From a virus: 64,000 nt of DNA. Below are positions 48,651 to 58,992 of this stretch, in pieces. The translations under genes were made by a program, and so were the position numbers. The DNA is taken from positions 1 through 64,000 of the IMG/VR virus record IMGVR_UViG_3300017646_000001; one strand, given 5' to 3'. Positions within the stretch are counted from its first letter, which is position 1. Every line of letters begins with the position of its first letter. The notes beneath the pieces were generated by a model that was not told the origin of the DNA, did no database searches, and saw only the letters and a list, made by a program, of their open reading frames with translations.

Positions 48651-49190
48651 ATGGCCCCATACAATCCTCAGGAAGACATGCTGCCACAATTGGTGCGCTC
48701 CCAACAAAAACGGGAGCTGTATCACCAGTTGTGGATGGATATGGCGTGGCGTGCTTCCTTAATGTCCCATTCGGTCAAGCGCCGAGTGGGTGCTGTCTTA
48801 GTAAAGGATGGCGACCCGATTTCCATCGGTTGGAACGGCATGCCGTCTGGCTTGCCCAACGCGTGCGAACGCTGGGACGACGCGTTGCAGAAATACGTCA
48901 CCTTGGACGGCGTTCTGCATGCGGAAGAAAACATCGTGCGCAAGATGGCGCGCTCCGCGTCCTCCAGCACTGGAGCTACCCTATACATCACGTACGCGCC
49001 GTGCGACAAATGCGCTCGCCTAATTTGGGGCATGGGCGTGGCTCAAGTGTACTACGACCAAAGCGATACCAATCCGGACGAGCCTGGAGTCACACTACTG
49101 CGTGCCCTGGATGTTCCCGTATCACAGTTTCAATCTTGTAATGCTGCCATGATTGACAGCCTTAAGCCTTACAATAGGACCATAGCATGA
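48651..49190 (+). CDS. dCMP deaminase
   Basis: VGAVLV, GWNG.PSG, HAEEN, PCDKC. Confidence 0.95.
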   Translation: MAPYNPQEDMLPQLVRSQQKRELYHQLWMDMAWRASLMSHSVKRRVGAVLVKDGDPISIGWNGMPSGLPNACERWDDALQKYVTLDGVLHAEENIVRKMARSASSSTGATLYITYAPCDKCARLIWGMGVAQVYYDQSDTNPDEPGVTLLRALDVPVSQFQSCNAAMIDSLKPYNRTIA

Positions 49191-50431
49191 AGCCTACTGC
49201 CAGCCACCTGCAACTGTTGCGTTCCTTCCCGTTTGATCCCAACCTGCACCGGATGCGCACCGCTTCCGCCTACATCAACATCGCCGGGTGCGGTGGCCTG
49301 GACTGGGGATCGATGGTAGAACTGCAGGGCCCGCCCTCCGGCGGCAAGAGTACGTATGCCTATCAGTCGGCCGAGTGTTTCTTGGAAGACTACGGCGACC
49401 TGGGCGAAGTGCTGATTCTGGACCCCGAAAACTCAGCTAACCATCTGCGCCTGGGTAAGGTATTCAACCTACACATCAACAATCACCCGTCGGTGCGCAA
49501 CCCCGACCCTCGCGTCAATCTCGAATTCGCTCCTACTTACGAGTCGGCGGTTGAAATCGTGTCTCGGTACATTCGCCGCATCAAGGCCGAAGGCAAGTTC
49601 TTGCTCATCATCTGGGACTCGATCACGATGTCCAAGCCCAAGAACGAGTATGAGTCGATTTCGGCCACGCTCAAAGCACAGGAGGACAAGCCCAACTCCA
49701 AGGAAGCTAAAGAGGGTCTGGGTATGAAGATGAACGATAAGATGCTGCGCCCCCAGATTATGAAGTGGGCGGTCAACCAGATTATGACCGAAATGTACCG
49801 CGCGCCGGTCATCGCTTTCTTGATCAACCAAGCTACCACGCAGTTTACCATGTTCGGTGCGGTTGAAGGCTCGGGCGGCGGATACGGATTCAAGCACGGT
49901 ATCCACTACTCGCTCAAGTTCAAGAAAATCAAGAAGATTGACGGCAGCAGCAAGCTGTTCAGCGTCGGTACGCTCACCCGCATGAGCATTGAGAAATCCA
50001 AGGTGATTCCTTACTTGGACAACATCGAAATCCTGATCCGCGACGATCAGGGTGGTCGCATTGACTCCAACATGGAGATTTTCAAGAACTCGGTCACGTC
50101 CGGGTTCATTCACGCCAAGAACGGCGGGTGGTACATGGTGGACCCCGCGCTGGTCGAACAACTGCTGCCCACGCTCACACCTGAACAAATTCAAGCCCTG
50201 CAAGAGGAGACCGGCTCAACCGACTTCCAGTTCGACAAGAACCGCAATATGCGGGACTTGGCTGATCACGCTCCCTCGATCGCTATCCTAGAGAAGGCCA
50301 TCGAGCGCGACCTGCGCGCCAACTTCCAGCTGTTGAACTGGGCGTACGAAGAACTGGATTTGACCTTGGAGGACTACAAGAACCGCCCCGTTCCAGCCAA
50401 GAAGGCTGCAAAAGCTAAGGCGGAGGCATGA
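49187..50431 (+). CDS. uvsX: RecA/UvsX recombinase
   Basis: GGL..G.MVELQGPPSGGKST, LDPE, WDSI, INQ, SGGG.GFKH. Confidence 0.92.
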   Translation: MKPTASHLQLLRSFPFDPNLHRMRTASAYINIAGCGGLDWGSMVELQGPPSGGKSTYAYQSAECFLEDYGDLGEVLILDPENSANHLRLGKVFNLHINNHPSVRNPDPRVNLEFAPTYESAVEIVSRYIRRIKAEGKFLLIIWDSITMSKPKNEYESISATLKAQEDKPNSKEAKEGLGMKMNDKMLRPQIMKWAVNQIMTEMYRAPVIAFLINQATTQFTMFGAVEGSGGGYGFKHGIHYSLKFKKIKKIDGSSKLFSVGTLTRMSIEKSKVIPYLDNIEILIRDDQGGRIDSNMEIFKNSVTSGFIHAKNGGWYMVDPALVEQLLPTLTPEQIQALQEETGSTDFQFDKNRNMRDLADHAPSIAILEKAIERDLRANFQLLNWAYEELDLTLEDYKNRPVPAKKAAKAKAEA

Positions 50432-50631
50432 CCGTGCTGCTGTGGTTGTTGTGTCTGTACTTCGTGGTGGGCGGCGTTTTTTGGAGCTATGCTATCGTCT
50501 ATAATTGGTGGACTTGTCGGGCTCTAAGCGCGGTTAGCTTGCTGCGCGCTTATACGGTGATTTTTGTAGGGCTGCTGTGTTGCCTCATTGCTTGGCCCTT
50601 TTTGGCCTATGAATTCTTTTCTCGCAAGTAG
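50428..50631 (+). CDS. Small two-TM membrane protein
   Basis: GGAGG RBS, ATGA coupling, two hydrophobic helices. Confidence 0.65.
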   Translation: MTVLLWLLCLYFVVGGVFWSYAIVYNWWTCRALSAVSLLRAYTVIFVGLLCCLIAWPFLAYEFFSRK

Positions 50632-50634
50632 AAT

Positions 50635-51057
50635 ATGGACCCCATTACCGTAGATTCGACTGAATACCTAGACCTGTTGGGAGAACGCGAACGTCAGATC
50701 GTATACGGGGCGCAGTCGTTGATCCGCGCCGCGCTCCCTACAGGCAATGAAGTACTGGCGTACGCCCGTCTGAACCTGGAGACGCAGGACGACCTCAACA
50801 ATCTGTTGAGCAACGTCACCATGGTGTACAACCGCAAGTACTCCCAAATGCGTACCTTGGAGTCACGTCTTCGCGACTCGTATAAAGAAGATGGCATCAA
50901 GGCGCGAGAAGAACGCGACGTAGCTGTGCACTCCGACTCCAAATGGGTAGACCTGCATCTAAGTGCGAGTACGTTGCAGGTGCTGATGCGCCGGCTTGAA
51001 GCTCTGTCCTGGAACCTCCGCAACGCTCTCGCTATCGTCACGCACAGCGCCAAATGA
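50635..51057 (+). CDS. UvsY-like recombination mediator (putative)
   Basis: All-helical 140 aa near uvsX; YKE.......RDVAVHSD.KW pattern. Confidence 0.5.
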   Translation: MDPITVDSTEYLDLLGERERQIVYGAQSLIRAALPTGNEVLAYARLNLETQDDLNNLLSNVTMVYNRKYSQMRTLESRLRDSYKEDGIKAREERDVAVHSDSKWVDLHLSASTLQVLMRRLEALSWNLRNALAIVTHSAK

Positions 51058-54000
51058 ATATTACCATCCTCTCCGACCAAGAAGGCTCCGACCTCATCCC
51101 CGACTTGCTGCAAGAGGCTGGGCTAGACCCCAACCTTGTTAATATCATGTCGTATCGTAGTCTGGGGTATAATCAGGCCACGGTGCTGGCCGATATGAAC
51201 GCCCGTGCTCACGACCTGATCATTTGTTTGGGGTCTTATGCGCTGTCCGTATTGGTTCCTGGAAGGGAAGGCGATAAGATCGGCAAACTGCGTGAAGACG
51301 AGACGATGGAGTGGCACGACATACCAGTGCGGATGTCGTACTCCACCAAGTACCTATCCAAACGTGGCGGCAAGGGCAGCCGTGATTTCCAGCTGGTGGC
51401 ACACGACATCAAGCGGTTCGCCGCCTTCAACGTCCGTGCCGAAAACAACTTCAAATACGAGCTGTTTGGCCCGAATCAAGTATACGAGTTTCTATCCAAG
51501 TTCATTGACGCGGAGCACTGTGCCCTCGACTATGAAGGTAGCTCGCTTGAGCCAACAATTGCCGACTTCCAGCTGGGCGGCATTGGCTTGGCTAGAGAGG
51601 GATACGCTGCTTACCTCTGCTTCAAGGATTTCGGCGACCTGGAATACAAGCTCAAACCTGAAGACGCTAAGCTAATCGGTAAGTTCCTCAAGATGAAGAA
51701 CGACCGGGCTAAACTAATGGTGTTCAACCTGGGATACGAGGTTCCAACTACGCGGGCCGTGTTCCACATGCACCTAGACAAAATTATCGACGTGATGCAG
51801 ATGTATCGCACACTGGACATCACAGGCGGTCTGAAGGAAATCTCCAAGTATCACTTGGGTTCGATCGGTTGGACCAAGGAAGTCGATCAATGGCGCGATG
51901 CCTTCATTGCTCTACTAGGTGCTCTTAAACCTACCAAGCTGCGTAATCAGCCCGAGTATAAGCCTCTGACTGAAGGCGGCATAGCTGCTGTGGTACAGTT
52001 CTTGCAAGACAAGGTAGAGAAAGCGCGTATTGCGGCTGAAAAAAAGGGGGAACAGCCTAAGCCTAATATCCGGGTTGATAAGCTATTAGAGCTAATTGAC
52101 CGTGTGCTTAACATGGCACGCCAGTATTACGGCGACGAAGCCGAGCAGAAGGTGACTACCTATCTGCTACACAAGTTGGAGTTGCGCGAGTATGAATGCA
52201 ACTACACCGAGATTCCCAAGGAAATCACCGGTCCGTATTGCGGCGCTGACTGCCATAATACTCTTGAGTTGTACCACAAGATACTTCCCAAGATCGTGGA
52301 ACAAAAGCTGGAGCCAGCTTTTGGTTACTACAATCGGCATATTTATCTCGGCACAGCCATGGAGCAAAACGGCATCGCTTGGGATGACACGCGCGCTTCT
52401 CAGATCGAGGCTGAGCACAATGAGGTCATGGTCGACTCGATGCGCCGTTTCTTGCTATCCGAGTCGGTGCGCCGAGCCCTACGCGTTCCGGACGGCAACG
52501 GTGGTACCCGCCCGTTAAGCAACCAGGACTTTGTGGATATTCAGTCTAGCACTGACCTGAATTTCCTCAAGGGGTATTTTAACCCCGATTCCACGGCCCC
52601 GGCGAACACCCAGCTGTTGAGCCGTATTATGGTCACGCCGCTCACTCGCATTGCTCTGATGTTGCACGAGATCGGTACTGAGTACCAATCCGACCCTGAA
52701 GGTGCAACCGAGAAGTGGCCTGCGCTGGTGGAGCTGATCAAGATGATCTACCAGACGCCACAAGACCAGCGTGGCAGACACACGCTTAAGCAATTCTTGG
52801 ACGCGTTTGCGACACTCAAGGATGGCGGGTACCTTCAAGACAAAGAGCTAGACCTGTACGCCAAGTATGCGTCCTATCACCTGCCTGACGCCAGCGGCGA
52901 CACCATCCAGACGCTGATGGACGCCTACACGATGTACACCGGAGCCGACCTTAATAAACGGGAAAGCTGGATTCCCGAGGTCGAGCCCGTTTTTTACTAT
53001 AAGTTGTTTAAGAAGACATCCAAGGCAGTATCGTCGTTCTTGAATGGCGCTGGTGGACGCAAGGCGGTGCGCATTGCTCGATACGACGCCGAATCCGACC
53101 AGTATAAGCTGCTGGCACGGTACGAAGATCGACCCCTGTCAGACGGGGAAATATATTTGTACCAACCCAGTTACGGGGTAAACCGCGCTAAAACTAAGCG
53201 CTGGACGTCGGCTTACCACGGTATACCGTCCATGTCCGAGAGCCGTCAGTGTTTTGTGTCGCGCTATGGCGACTCGGGCATCTTTATGAAGGGCGACTTC
53301 TCGCAGCACGAACTGCGTATTATCGCCGCGCTGTGCCAAGACCCAGGGTTGCAGGAAGCCTTCATTAACAATCGAGACTTGCACCGCATGGTTGCAAGCA
53401 AGATGTATGACAAGCCGGAAGACGAGGTTACCGATAACGAGCGGGCCGTGGCTAAATCGGCGAATTTCGGGATTGTGTATCTGAAGACACCCGAATCGTT
53501 CGCCATTGATTACCTTAATGGCGATGTAGAAGCCGCGCGCCGCTTGTTTGGCGTGATTTTCGACATGTTCCCATTACTGCGTGAATGGCGGGATCGTCAG
53601 ATTGCTAGCCTGCATGAGCAGATCGCGGCGCAAGGCGGTCAGTTCGTGCGCTTCCCGATCCATACCCTATGGGGCGATCCGATCTGGCACGAGTTCGATG
53701 CCACCAAAAAGATGGAACTGATCGACGCTGAGCGCTACGCCGTGAACTGGCAGGTGCAGAGCACTGCTTCCAACCTTGCTGGTCTGGCTTTGGCTGAAAC
53801 CGATGTGTTCCTCACGAGCGGTGGCTATAAGACCAAGGCTTTTGGTTTCACCCACGACTCGGAGGAATTTGATGCTCATTTGGACGAATTCTTCCTGATG
53901 CTGAACAAGGTACCGGAAATCTCGGAAAAATACCTGTTCGATCAGTTCAAGCTGCCAGTTAAGCTGGACATGGAAATGGGCATTAACCTGGGATCGTTGG

Positions 54001-54263
54001 TGGAGATTGGTCGCGTTAAGGGCAACGACTCGTTCTTCAATGCGGATGGCCACGCTCATCTGAACCTCAGTGGCGCAGTAGAAGATATGGAAGCGGCAAT
54101 CTCTCGCTTGTCCAACCGTTATGATGTACAAGTGTTGGGCGGCAGTGAAAAGGAAAAATACGACAGTTGGAGCACCGTGTTTTCCGCTAAGGGGTGTTTC
54201 TATAGCGGTATTGGTCAGACCTCCATTGTCGGCAAGCGCGAAATCCTTGTCGTTCAGCGATAA
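51054..54263 (+). CDS. Family A DNA polymerase with N-terminal UDG-like domain and 3'-5' exonuclease
   Basis: IICLGSYAL (UDG-like); DYE, FNLGYE, YCGAD (exo); DFSQHELR, R..AKSANFGIVY, HDS (motifs A-C). Confidence 0.95.
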   Translation: MNITILSDQEGSDLIPDLLQEAGLDPNLVNIMSYRSLGYNQATVLADMNARAHDLIICLGSYALSVLVPGREGDKIGKLREDETMEWHDIPVRMSYSTKYLSKRGGKGSRDFQLVAHDIKRFAAFNVRAENNFKYELFGPNQVYEFLSKFIDAEHCALDYEGSSLEPTIADFQLGGIGLAREGYAAYLCFKDFGDLEYKLKPEDAKLIGKFLKMKNDRAKLMVFNLGYEVPTTRAVFHMHLDKIIDVMQMYRTLDITGGLKEISKYHLGSIGWTKEVDQWRDAFIALLGALKPTKLRNQPEYKPLTEGGIAAVVQFLQDKVEKARIAAEKKGEQPKPNIRVDKLLELIDRVLNMARQYYGDEAEQKVTTYLLHKLELREYECNYTEIPKEITGPYCGADCHNTLELYHKILPKIVEQKLEPAFGYYNRHIYLGTAMEQNGIAWDDTRASQIEAEHNEVMVDSMRRFLLSESVRRALRVPDGNGGTRPLSNQDFVDIQSSTDLNFLKGYFNPDSTAPANTQLLSRIMVTPLTRIALMLHEIGTEYQSDPEGATEKWPALVELIKMIYQTPQDQRGRHTLKQFLDAFATLKDGGYLQDKELDLYAKYASYHLPDASGDTIQTLMDAYTMYTGADLNKRESWIPEVEPVFYYKLFKKTSKAVSSFLNGAGGRKAVRIARYDAESDQYKLLARYEDRPLSDGEIYLYQPSYGVNRAKTKRWTSAYHGIPSMSESRQCFVSRYGDSGIFMKGDFSQHELRIIAALCQDPGLQEAFINNRDLHRMVASKMYDKPEDEVTDNERAVAKSANFGIVYLKTPESFAIDYLNGDVEAARRLFGVIFDMFPLLREWRDRQIASLHEQIAAQGGQFVRFPIHTLWGDPIWHEFDATKKMELIDAERYAVNWQVQSTASNLAGLALAETDVFLTSGGYKTKAFGFTHDSEEFDAHLDEFFLMLNKVPEISEKYLFDQFKLPVKLDMEMGINLGSLVEIGRVKGNDSFFNADGHAHLNLSGAVEDMEAAISRLSNRYDVQVLGGSEKEKYDSWSTVFSAKGCFYSGIGQTSIVGKREILVVQR

Positions 54264-54280
54264 CACACAGCGAGAAATTC

Positions 54281-55582
54281 ATGACGGATAATCAGTACGT
54301 TGACTTTTACGACTTTTCGCAGCTGGTGCGAGACTTACGCGCTACAACCAAGGCCAACGAAAAGAAAGCCACCCTACAGCGGGTTAAAGAGGGCTCAGTG
54401 GCTTATAAGCTGTTGGGTATGACTTACAACCCGTTCTATACGTTCTACATGCAGAATGTGCCAGCTCCATCCGGTTCAAGCGAAGTTTTGATGGCAGAGC
54501 TGGCAGGCGTGATGGCGCTGGATCTTCTGGATTCGCTTAATCAGCGCAGCCTGTCGGGCAACGCGGCCAAGAGTGCTGTGTCCAGGTTCCTGGGCATGAT
54601 TCGCGAAGACAGCCGAGAAGCCTTCTGTCGTGTCTTGCAAAAAGACCTGAAGGCTGGGATCGGCGACAAGACCATCAATTCAGTCTTCAAAGACTACATT
54701 CCGATTTTCCCCGTTCAGCTTGCTGTAACGCTTAAGCCCGGCGTGATCGAGCAGCTGGTGTACCCAGTTATCGCCGAATATAAGTACGATGGCGAGCGCA
54801 CCGTAGTCCGTACTCGCGACGGCGCAGTCGAATACCGTTCTCGCTCTGGTTTCATGCAAGAGCACTTGCTGGGTCAGTTTGACGAAGACGTACAAGCTCT
54901 GCGACTGCTGGTGGGTGAAGACATTGTGATCGACGCTGAAGTTATGTCGTCTTCCTTCCGCGCGCTGGCCAAAAGTCGAGGCGCTAATGCGGATAAAAGC
55001 GGTCTGACGTTGGTGGCGTTTGACATTATGCCAGCATCCAGTTGGGATCGGCGTGAATCCAGCCCGCAAGCCCAACGTTCTCAGTTTCTCAGCCAGTTGA
55101 TCTCCAACTCTCGGCTGCAGCGCGTCGTGCGGTCTGACATGCGGATCGTGAATAATGCAGTTGAGCTGCAGGCGTACTACGATGAAGCCATTGGTCTAGG
55201 CCTGGAAGGCCTCATGATCAAGTCCATGCATGACGCCTACCAGTTCAAACGGGCCAATAACTGGTGGAAGTGGAAGCCGGTTAATCCAATTGACCTGTGC
55301 TTCGAAGATTTCGTAGAAGGCCTGCCTGGTACCCGGTTTGTGGGATCGATGGGCGCGGCCGTGATGAGCGGGTACACTGACGACGGTCGGTTCGTGCGCA
55401 CCAACGTCAACTCTGGGTTTCCGGATAGCCTGCGCCAAGAAATTTGGAATAATCGCGAAGCGTGGCGCGGCAAGTGCGGCGAAGTGTTGTACGACTGCTT
55501 GACTCAGAATGAGCAAGATGCCGAAGTCTGGAGTCTGCGTTTTCCGCGTTGGAGCAAGCTCCGGTCTGACAAGACGGCATGA
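54281..55582 (+). CDS. ATP-dependent DNA ligase
   Basis: EYKYDGER, IDAEV, AFDI, EGLMIK, WWKWK, SLRFPR. Confidence 0.96.
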   Translation: MTDNQYVDFYDFSQLVRDLRATTKANEKKATLQRVKEGSVAYKLLGMTYNPFYTFYMQNVPAPSGSSEVLMAELAGVMALDLLDSLNQRSLSGNAAKSAVSRFLGMIREDSREAFCRVLQKDLKAGIGDKTINSVFKDYIPIFPVQLAVTLKPGVIEQLVYPVIAEYKYDGERTVVRTRDGAVEYRSRSGFMQEHLLGQFDEDVQALRLLVGEDIVIDAEVMSSSFRALAKSRGANADKSGLTLVAFDIMPASSWDRRESSPQAQRSQFLSQLISNSRLQRVVRSDMRIVNNAVELQAYYDEAIGLGLEGLMIKSMHDAYQFKRANNWWKWKPVNPIDLCFEDFVEGLPGTRFVGSMGAAVMSGYTDDGRFVRTNVNSGFPDSLRQEIWNNREAWRGKCGEVLYDCLTQNEQDAEVWSLRFPRWSKLRSDKTA

Positions 55583-55624
55583 TCACTATTTTCATTAGTG
55601 ATAACCCAGCTCGTCGGAGATACC

Positions 55625-56110
55625 ATGGCTAGCGCAGCACCCAAAAAGACTACTGCTTCTAAACCCGTCGCTAAAAAGAAACCCATCAATTCCCGCGCTC
55701 GCGGTCTGAGAGGCGAGCGGGAGTTGAAAAACATGTTGATCGAGTCGTTCCCTGAGTATGCAGATAAGATACGACGGAACCAGGATCAAAGTGAGCGCGG
55801 CGGACATGATTTATTCGGGCTCCCAGGTTTTGCTCCCGAGTGCAAGAACGTCAACGATGTGCGGTTTTTTATCGTCCCGTTCTGGAAACAAACTGTGGAT
55901 CAGGCTGAGCGCGAAGATTGTATTCCTGTCCTTTTCAGGAAGCGCGATTTTCGTGGGTGGACGGTTTATATCCACCTTAAACATCTGTCTCCGGCTGTAT
56001 TTGGCGAATCGCTGGTACGCGACGTATCGCTCGTGGCTCAAATCAGCTACGACGCTTTCGTTCTTTGGGCGCGTGAGTACATTCGACAACGCGCTTCTCT
56101 TTCCAATTAA
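55625..56110 (+). CDS. Holliday junction resolvase (PD-(D/E)xK, Hjc-like)
   Basis: SRARG.RGEREL...HDL...ECKN...WKQ. Confidence 0.8.
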   Translation: MASAAPKKTTASKPVAKKKPINSRARGLRGERELKNMLIESFPEYADKIRRNQDQSERGGHDLFGLPGFAPECKNVNDVRFFIVPFWKQTVDQAEREDCIPVLFRKRDFRGWTVYIHLKHLSPAVFGESLVRDVSLVAQISYDAFVLWAREYIRQRASLSN

Positions 56111-56137
56111 AACACACCACAGCAGGAATTATCTGGT

Positions 56138-57484
56138 ATGTCTACGCCCGTAGAGCGGTCGATTATTAGTTATTTGATGCACCCCGAAATCCGGGACATC
56201 ACGATCGGGTACTTCGCTGATTACATGTTCCAAACCCCATACTTAGCCGCCATGTGCAACGTGCTGGGTCGGGAAGAATATCGTGGGCAAGTGCCTAACG
56301 TCAACAGCTTCGTACTCAATCTGCATCAAACGCAAGATTTAGACGAAGAAGGCCTGGAGTTCGCTGCTGCACTAGCAATTGAATTTACGCAGTCTCGCGA
56401 CCGTGCACCAACTAAAACCGAAATCGAGTCTGCTATCAGCCAGATCGAGTCGTTCATTCGGGACCGAATGATCGATTACGGCATGGAGAAAATCGCTACG
56501 GCCGGTTCTAGTTCTTCCCAGGCGCACGCCGGTCGAGAAGTGCTGTCTCAGGCGCTCAACTTCGCGATTTCCACCGATCTGTTCTACGACTTTTCAGACC
56601 CACAGATGATCTTGGAGGCCCGCAATGCGGACTTCCCAGCCGGCGGCGTTGTAATCAAGAGCCATTTCTCGCTGGTGAACAAAAGCTCGTCTATTAAGGG
56701 CTACAAGTATGGCGACTTGGTTGCCGTAGTGGCTAAGCCTGGCGTGGGCAAGTCCACTGGCATGGTGGACGAAGGCGCATACGCCATTCAACAGGGGTTC
56801 CGCGTCTGCCACCTGTTCTTGGGCGATATGTCCGAATACGACGGCTTCGTCAAGTACATGTCGTATTGGACCGGTGCGAGCAGCGATGAGCTGATTAACG
56901 AGGGGCACGACGCGCACTGGAGCCCCGAAGTTGCTGATAACTTCAGTCGTCTGCGTGTTAAAGCCCTGCCTGCCGACCAGTATGACATTTATCAGATCAT
57001 TGCCAAGCTGAATCAAATTCGGCGTTCCTTCAAGTTTGATATGGTGATCATCGACTACGACGCCAATATCAAAAGCCAAAACTCGGACAACATGTACGGT
57101 GAAGGCGGTAATATTTACGCCAACCTTAAAAGCTACGGCAAGGGCAAGTGCGTAGTTATGATTGGTTCCCAAGCTAAAACCGTATATTGGGACCTCGAAA
57201 TCTTGCCCATGGATGCGCCGGCCGAAAGCTCGAAGAAGGGTCACCACGTCGATATCATGCTCACCATCGGCCGCAATAAAGTGTGCCCGCACTTGGGCAC
57301 GATCAATATCGCCAAAATGCGGCGCGGCCAGGCCGAGCGACAGATGCGACTACATTTTGACTATGCCAAGTGTCGTATGCGCGAAATCGGCCCGTTAAAG
57401 TACGATGAAATGCTGATTGCGCACAAGACTAAGTCAGCCCAGTCCGAAGCGGCTGGCATATACGACGAACCTTCTGACGAATAA
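56138..57484 (+). CDS. Replicative helicase (DnaB/gp41-like)
   Basis: AKPGVGKS, IIDYD, GSQ, AESSKK.H.VD, KMRRG. Confidence 0.92.
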   Translation: MSTPVERSIISYLMHPEIRDITIGYFADYMFQTPYLAAMCNVLGREEYRGQVPNVNSFVLNLHQTQDLDEEGLEFAAALAIEFTQSRDRAPTKTEIESAISQIESFIRDRMIDYGMEKIATAGSSSSQAHAGREVLSQALNFAISTDLFYDFSDPQMILEARNADFPAGGVVIKSHFSLVNKSSSIKGYKYGDLVAVVAKPGVGKSTGMVDEGAYAIQQGFRVCHLFLGDMSEYDGFVKYMSYWTGASSDELINEGHDAHWSPEVADNFSRLRVKALPADQYDIYQIIAKLNQIRRSFKFDMVIIDYDANIKSQNSDNMYGEGGNIYANLKSYGKGKCVVMIGSQAKTVYWDLEILPMDAPAESSKKGHHVDIMLTIGRNKVCPHLGTINIAKMRRGQAERQMRLHFDYAKCRMREIGPLKYDEMLIAHKTKSAQSEAAGIYDEPSDE

Positions 57485-57565
57485 TTCCGTTGTATGACGA
57501 ATTGTCCATATAATGGTTTCAATGAACTTAAATTTTAACGAATCGTATCGAGTTGTAACAAATAG

Positions 57566-57595
57566 TTGCGTCTTTTTTTAAATTCGTGTTATAAT
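57566..57595 (+). promoter_or_regulatory. Sigma70-type promoter TTGCGT-18-TATAAT with extended -10
   Basis: Same TTGCGT...TGTTATAAT architecture as the promoter at 37755-37783; AT-rich intergenic region. Confidence 0.75.
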
Positions 57596-57633
57596 GTAAA
57601 AAGGACGTGCTGTCCTTTGCTCTGGATGATTTT

Positions 57634-57906
57634 ATGAATATGCACTCCATTATCGCCCGCACATGCGACGTCCCAGAGGAGGTGGTGCAGCAAGTCCTGC
57701 TGGCCCAGACTCAGTACGCCGCTGTGCATGCCGTGTTCAGCGGGCCGGTACAAACCCCGTTTGGCAAGATTGCCTTTACTGACGGGAAGCTGTCCATCAT
57801 CGAGCAGAACCCCGAGTTCTTGTGTCTCACGCAATCCAAGTTCGATCAGGTGGAATTTATGGAGCGCATGGGGCAAATTTTGCTCTCTAACCGATCGGAG
57901 AGCTAG
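57634..57906 (+). CDS. HU/IHF-like small DNA-binding protein (divergent)
   Basis: IIARTCDVPEEVVQQVL...GPVQTPFGKI; start uncertain (57607 or 57634). Confidence 0.45.
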   Translation: MNMHSIIARTCDVPEEVVQQVLLAQTQYAAVHAVFSGPVQTPFGKIAFTDGKLSIIEQNPEFLCLTQSKFDQVEFMERMGQILLSNRSES

Positions 57907-57907
57907 C

Positions 57908-58609
57908 ATGACAGCCGAGCTCCCAGTCAAAAAGCCGGCTAGAAAGCCTTCAGAAAACAAGCCACATGAAAACCGAATACGCGAACTGTGTATTCAGCTC
58001 AAGACCGAAACTCGCCCCGCGCACCGGTCTGCCATCGAGCGCGAAATTTATAAAAACCTGCATATTCTAACCAAGAATATTGCCATCAAAAAGTACGGTA
58101 AGGGCAGCCGCATCGATATCGACGATATCGTGCACTCTGTGGCCACTTCCGCCATCATGACCGTGGTGTTGCGCGACAAGGAAGTCCATTCCTGGGTGCA
58201 TCTAATCCGCAAAATGACCTTCGACTGGGCCAATAAGTGGATGAAGACCAACTTGTATGGGCGCGATAAGGATAATGTGTCCTTCTCCGAGCCAGGCGAA
58301 GATGGAGAAGACGACGATCGTGGGTTCGGGTTCTATTACCACGATATGGATACCCGCGTCACCAGTTCTTATCTGTCGTACGTGCGCGGCCAGGTGCGTA
58401 AACTGGCCGATCAAATAAATGAACTGCAGGGCCCACGCGGTAGTATTATCAGCCATCTAGCCCTACACCACGTGCTGTACGGCGACCACCCGCTCATGAT
58501 TCTTTTGCCGGTTGCTCAGCGCAACCGAGTGCGGTTTTACTCGTATCAATTCCGGCAGATTATTTCGCCCGTTCTTAATCACAATCATTTCGCCAAGGAA
58601 TTCCTATGA
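57908..58609 (+). CDS. Putative phage sigma-factor-like protein (region 2)
   Basis: LHILTKNIAIKKY...DIDDIVH...SWVHLIRK...DWANKW helical pattern. Confidence 0.5.
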   Translation: MTAELPVKKPARKPSENKPHENRIRELCIQLKTETRPAHRSAIEREIYKNLHILTKNIAIKKYGKGSRIDIDDIVHSVATSAIMTVVLRDKEVHSWVHLIRKMTFDWANKWMKTNLYGRDKDNVSFSEPGEDGEDDDRGFGFYYHDMDTRVTSSYLSYVRGQVRKLADQINELQGPRGSIISHLALHHVLYGDHPLMILLPVAQRNRVRFYSYQFRQIISPVLNHNHFAKEFL

Positions 58610-58992
58610 GCTTCAAACCGCACCTACCCGCAGACTTGCACGAGCGAGCAGAATTTTTTGCCACCGCTCTCTCCGTGTTCCTCAGTCGCAACGACAAGGC
58701 CATCCTGCCTGAAGTATTGTACTTCCTCAACCCGGATCAAGTGCTTACCCTGATCAATACTTTCGGTGGTACCTCGGTCAAAATACCGACCATGAAAGAA
58801 TTCGGAGAAGACCTGATCACCACCTTGGTCATCTTTTACCACGAAGTACGCGGCATGTCATACGACGAAATTCAACGTCGACTGGATATTCCTCAGGCGC
58901 GTTGGGAAGCCGTCATGCGCAAAACCGAGGTATGGAAAGAATTCGTCAAAGACGAACTGGTGTTGAACCGCGACCGGATGAAAGCAGCATGA
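58606..58992 (+). CDS. Mor/C-like HTH transcription regulator (putative)
   Basis: LINTFGGTSVKIP then GMSYDEIQRRLDI. Confidence 0.6.
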   Translation: MSFKPHLPADLHERAEFFATALSVFLSRNDKAILPEVLYFLNPDQVLTLINTFGGTSVKIPTMKEFGEDLITTLVIFYHEVRGMSYDEIQRRLDIPQARWEAVMRKTEVWKEFVKDELVLNRDRMKAA

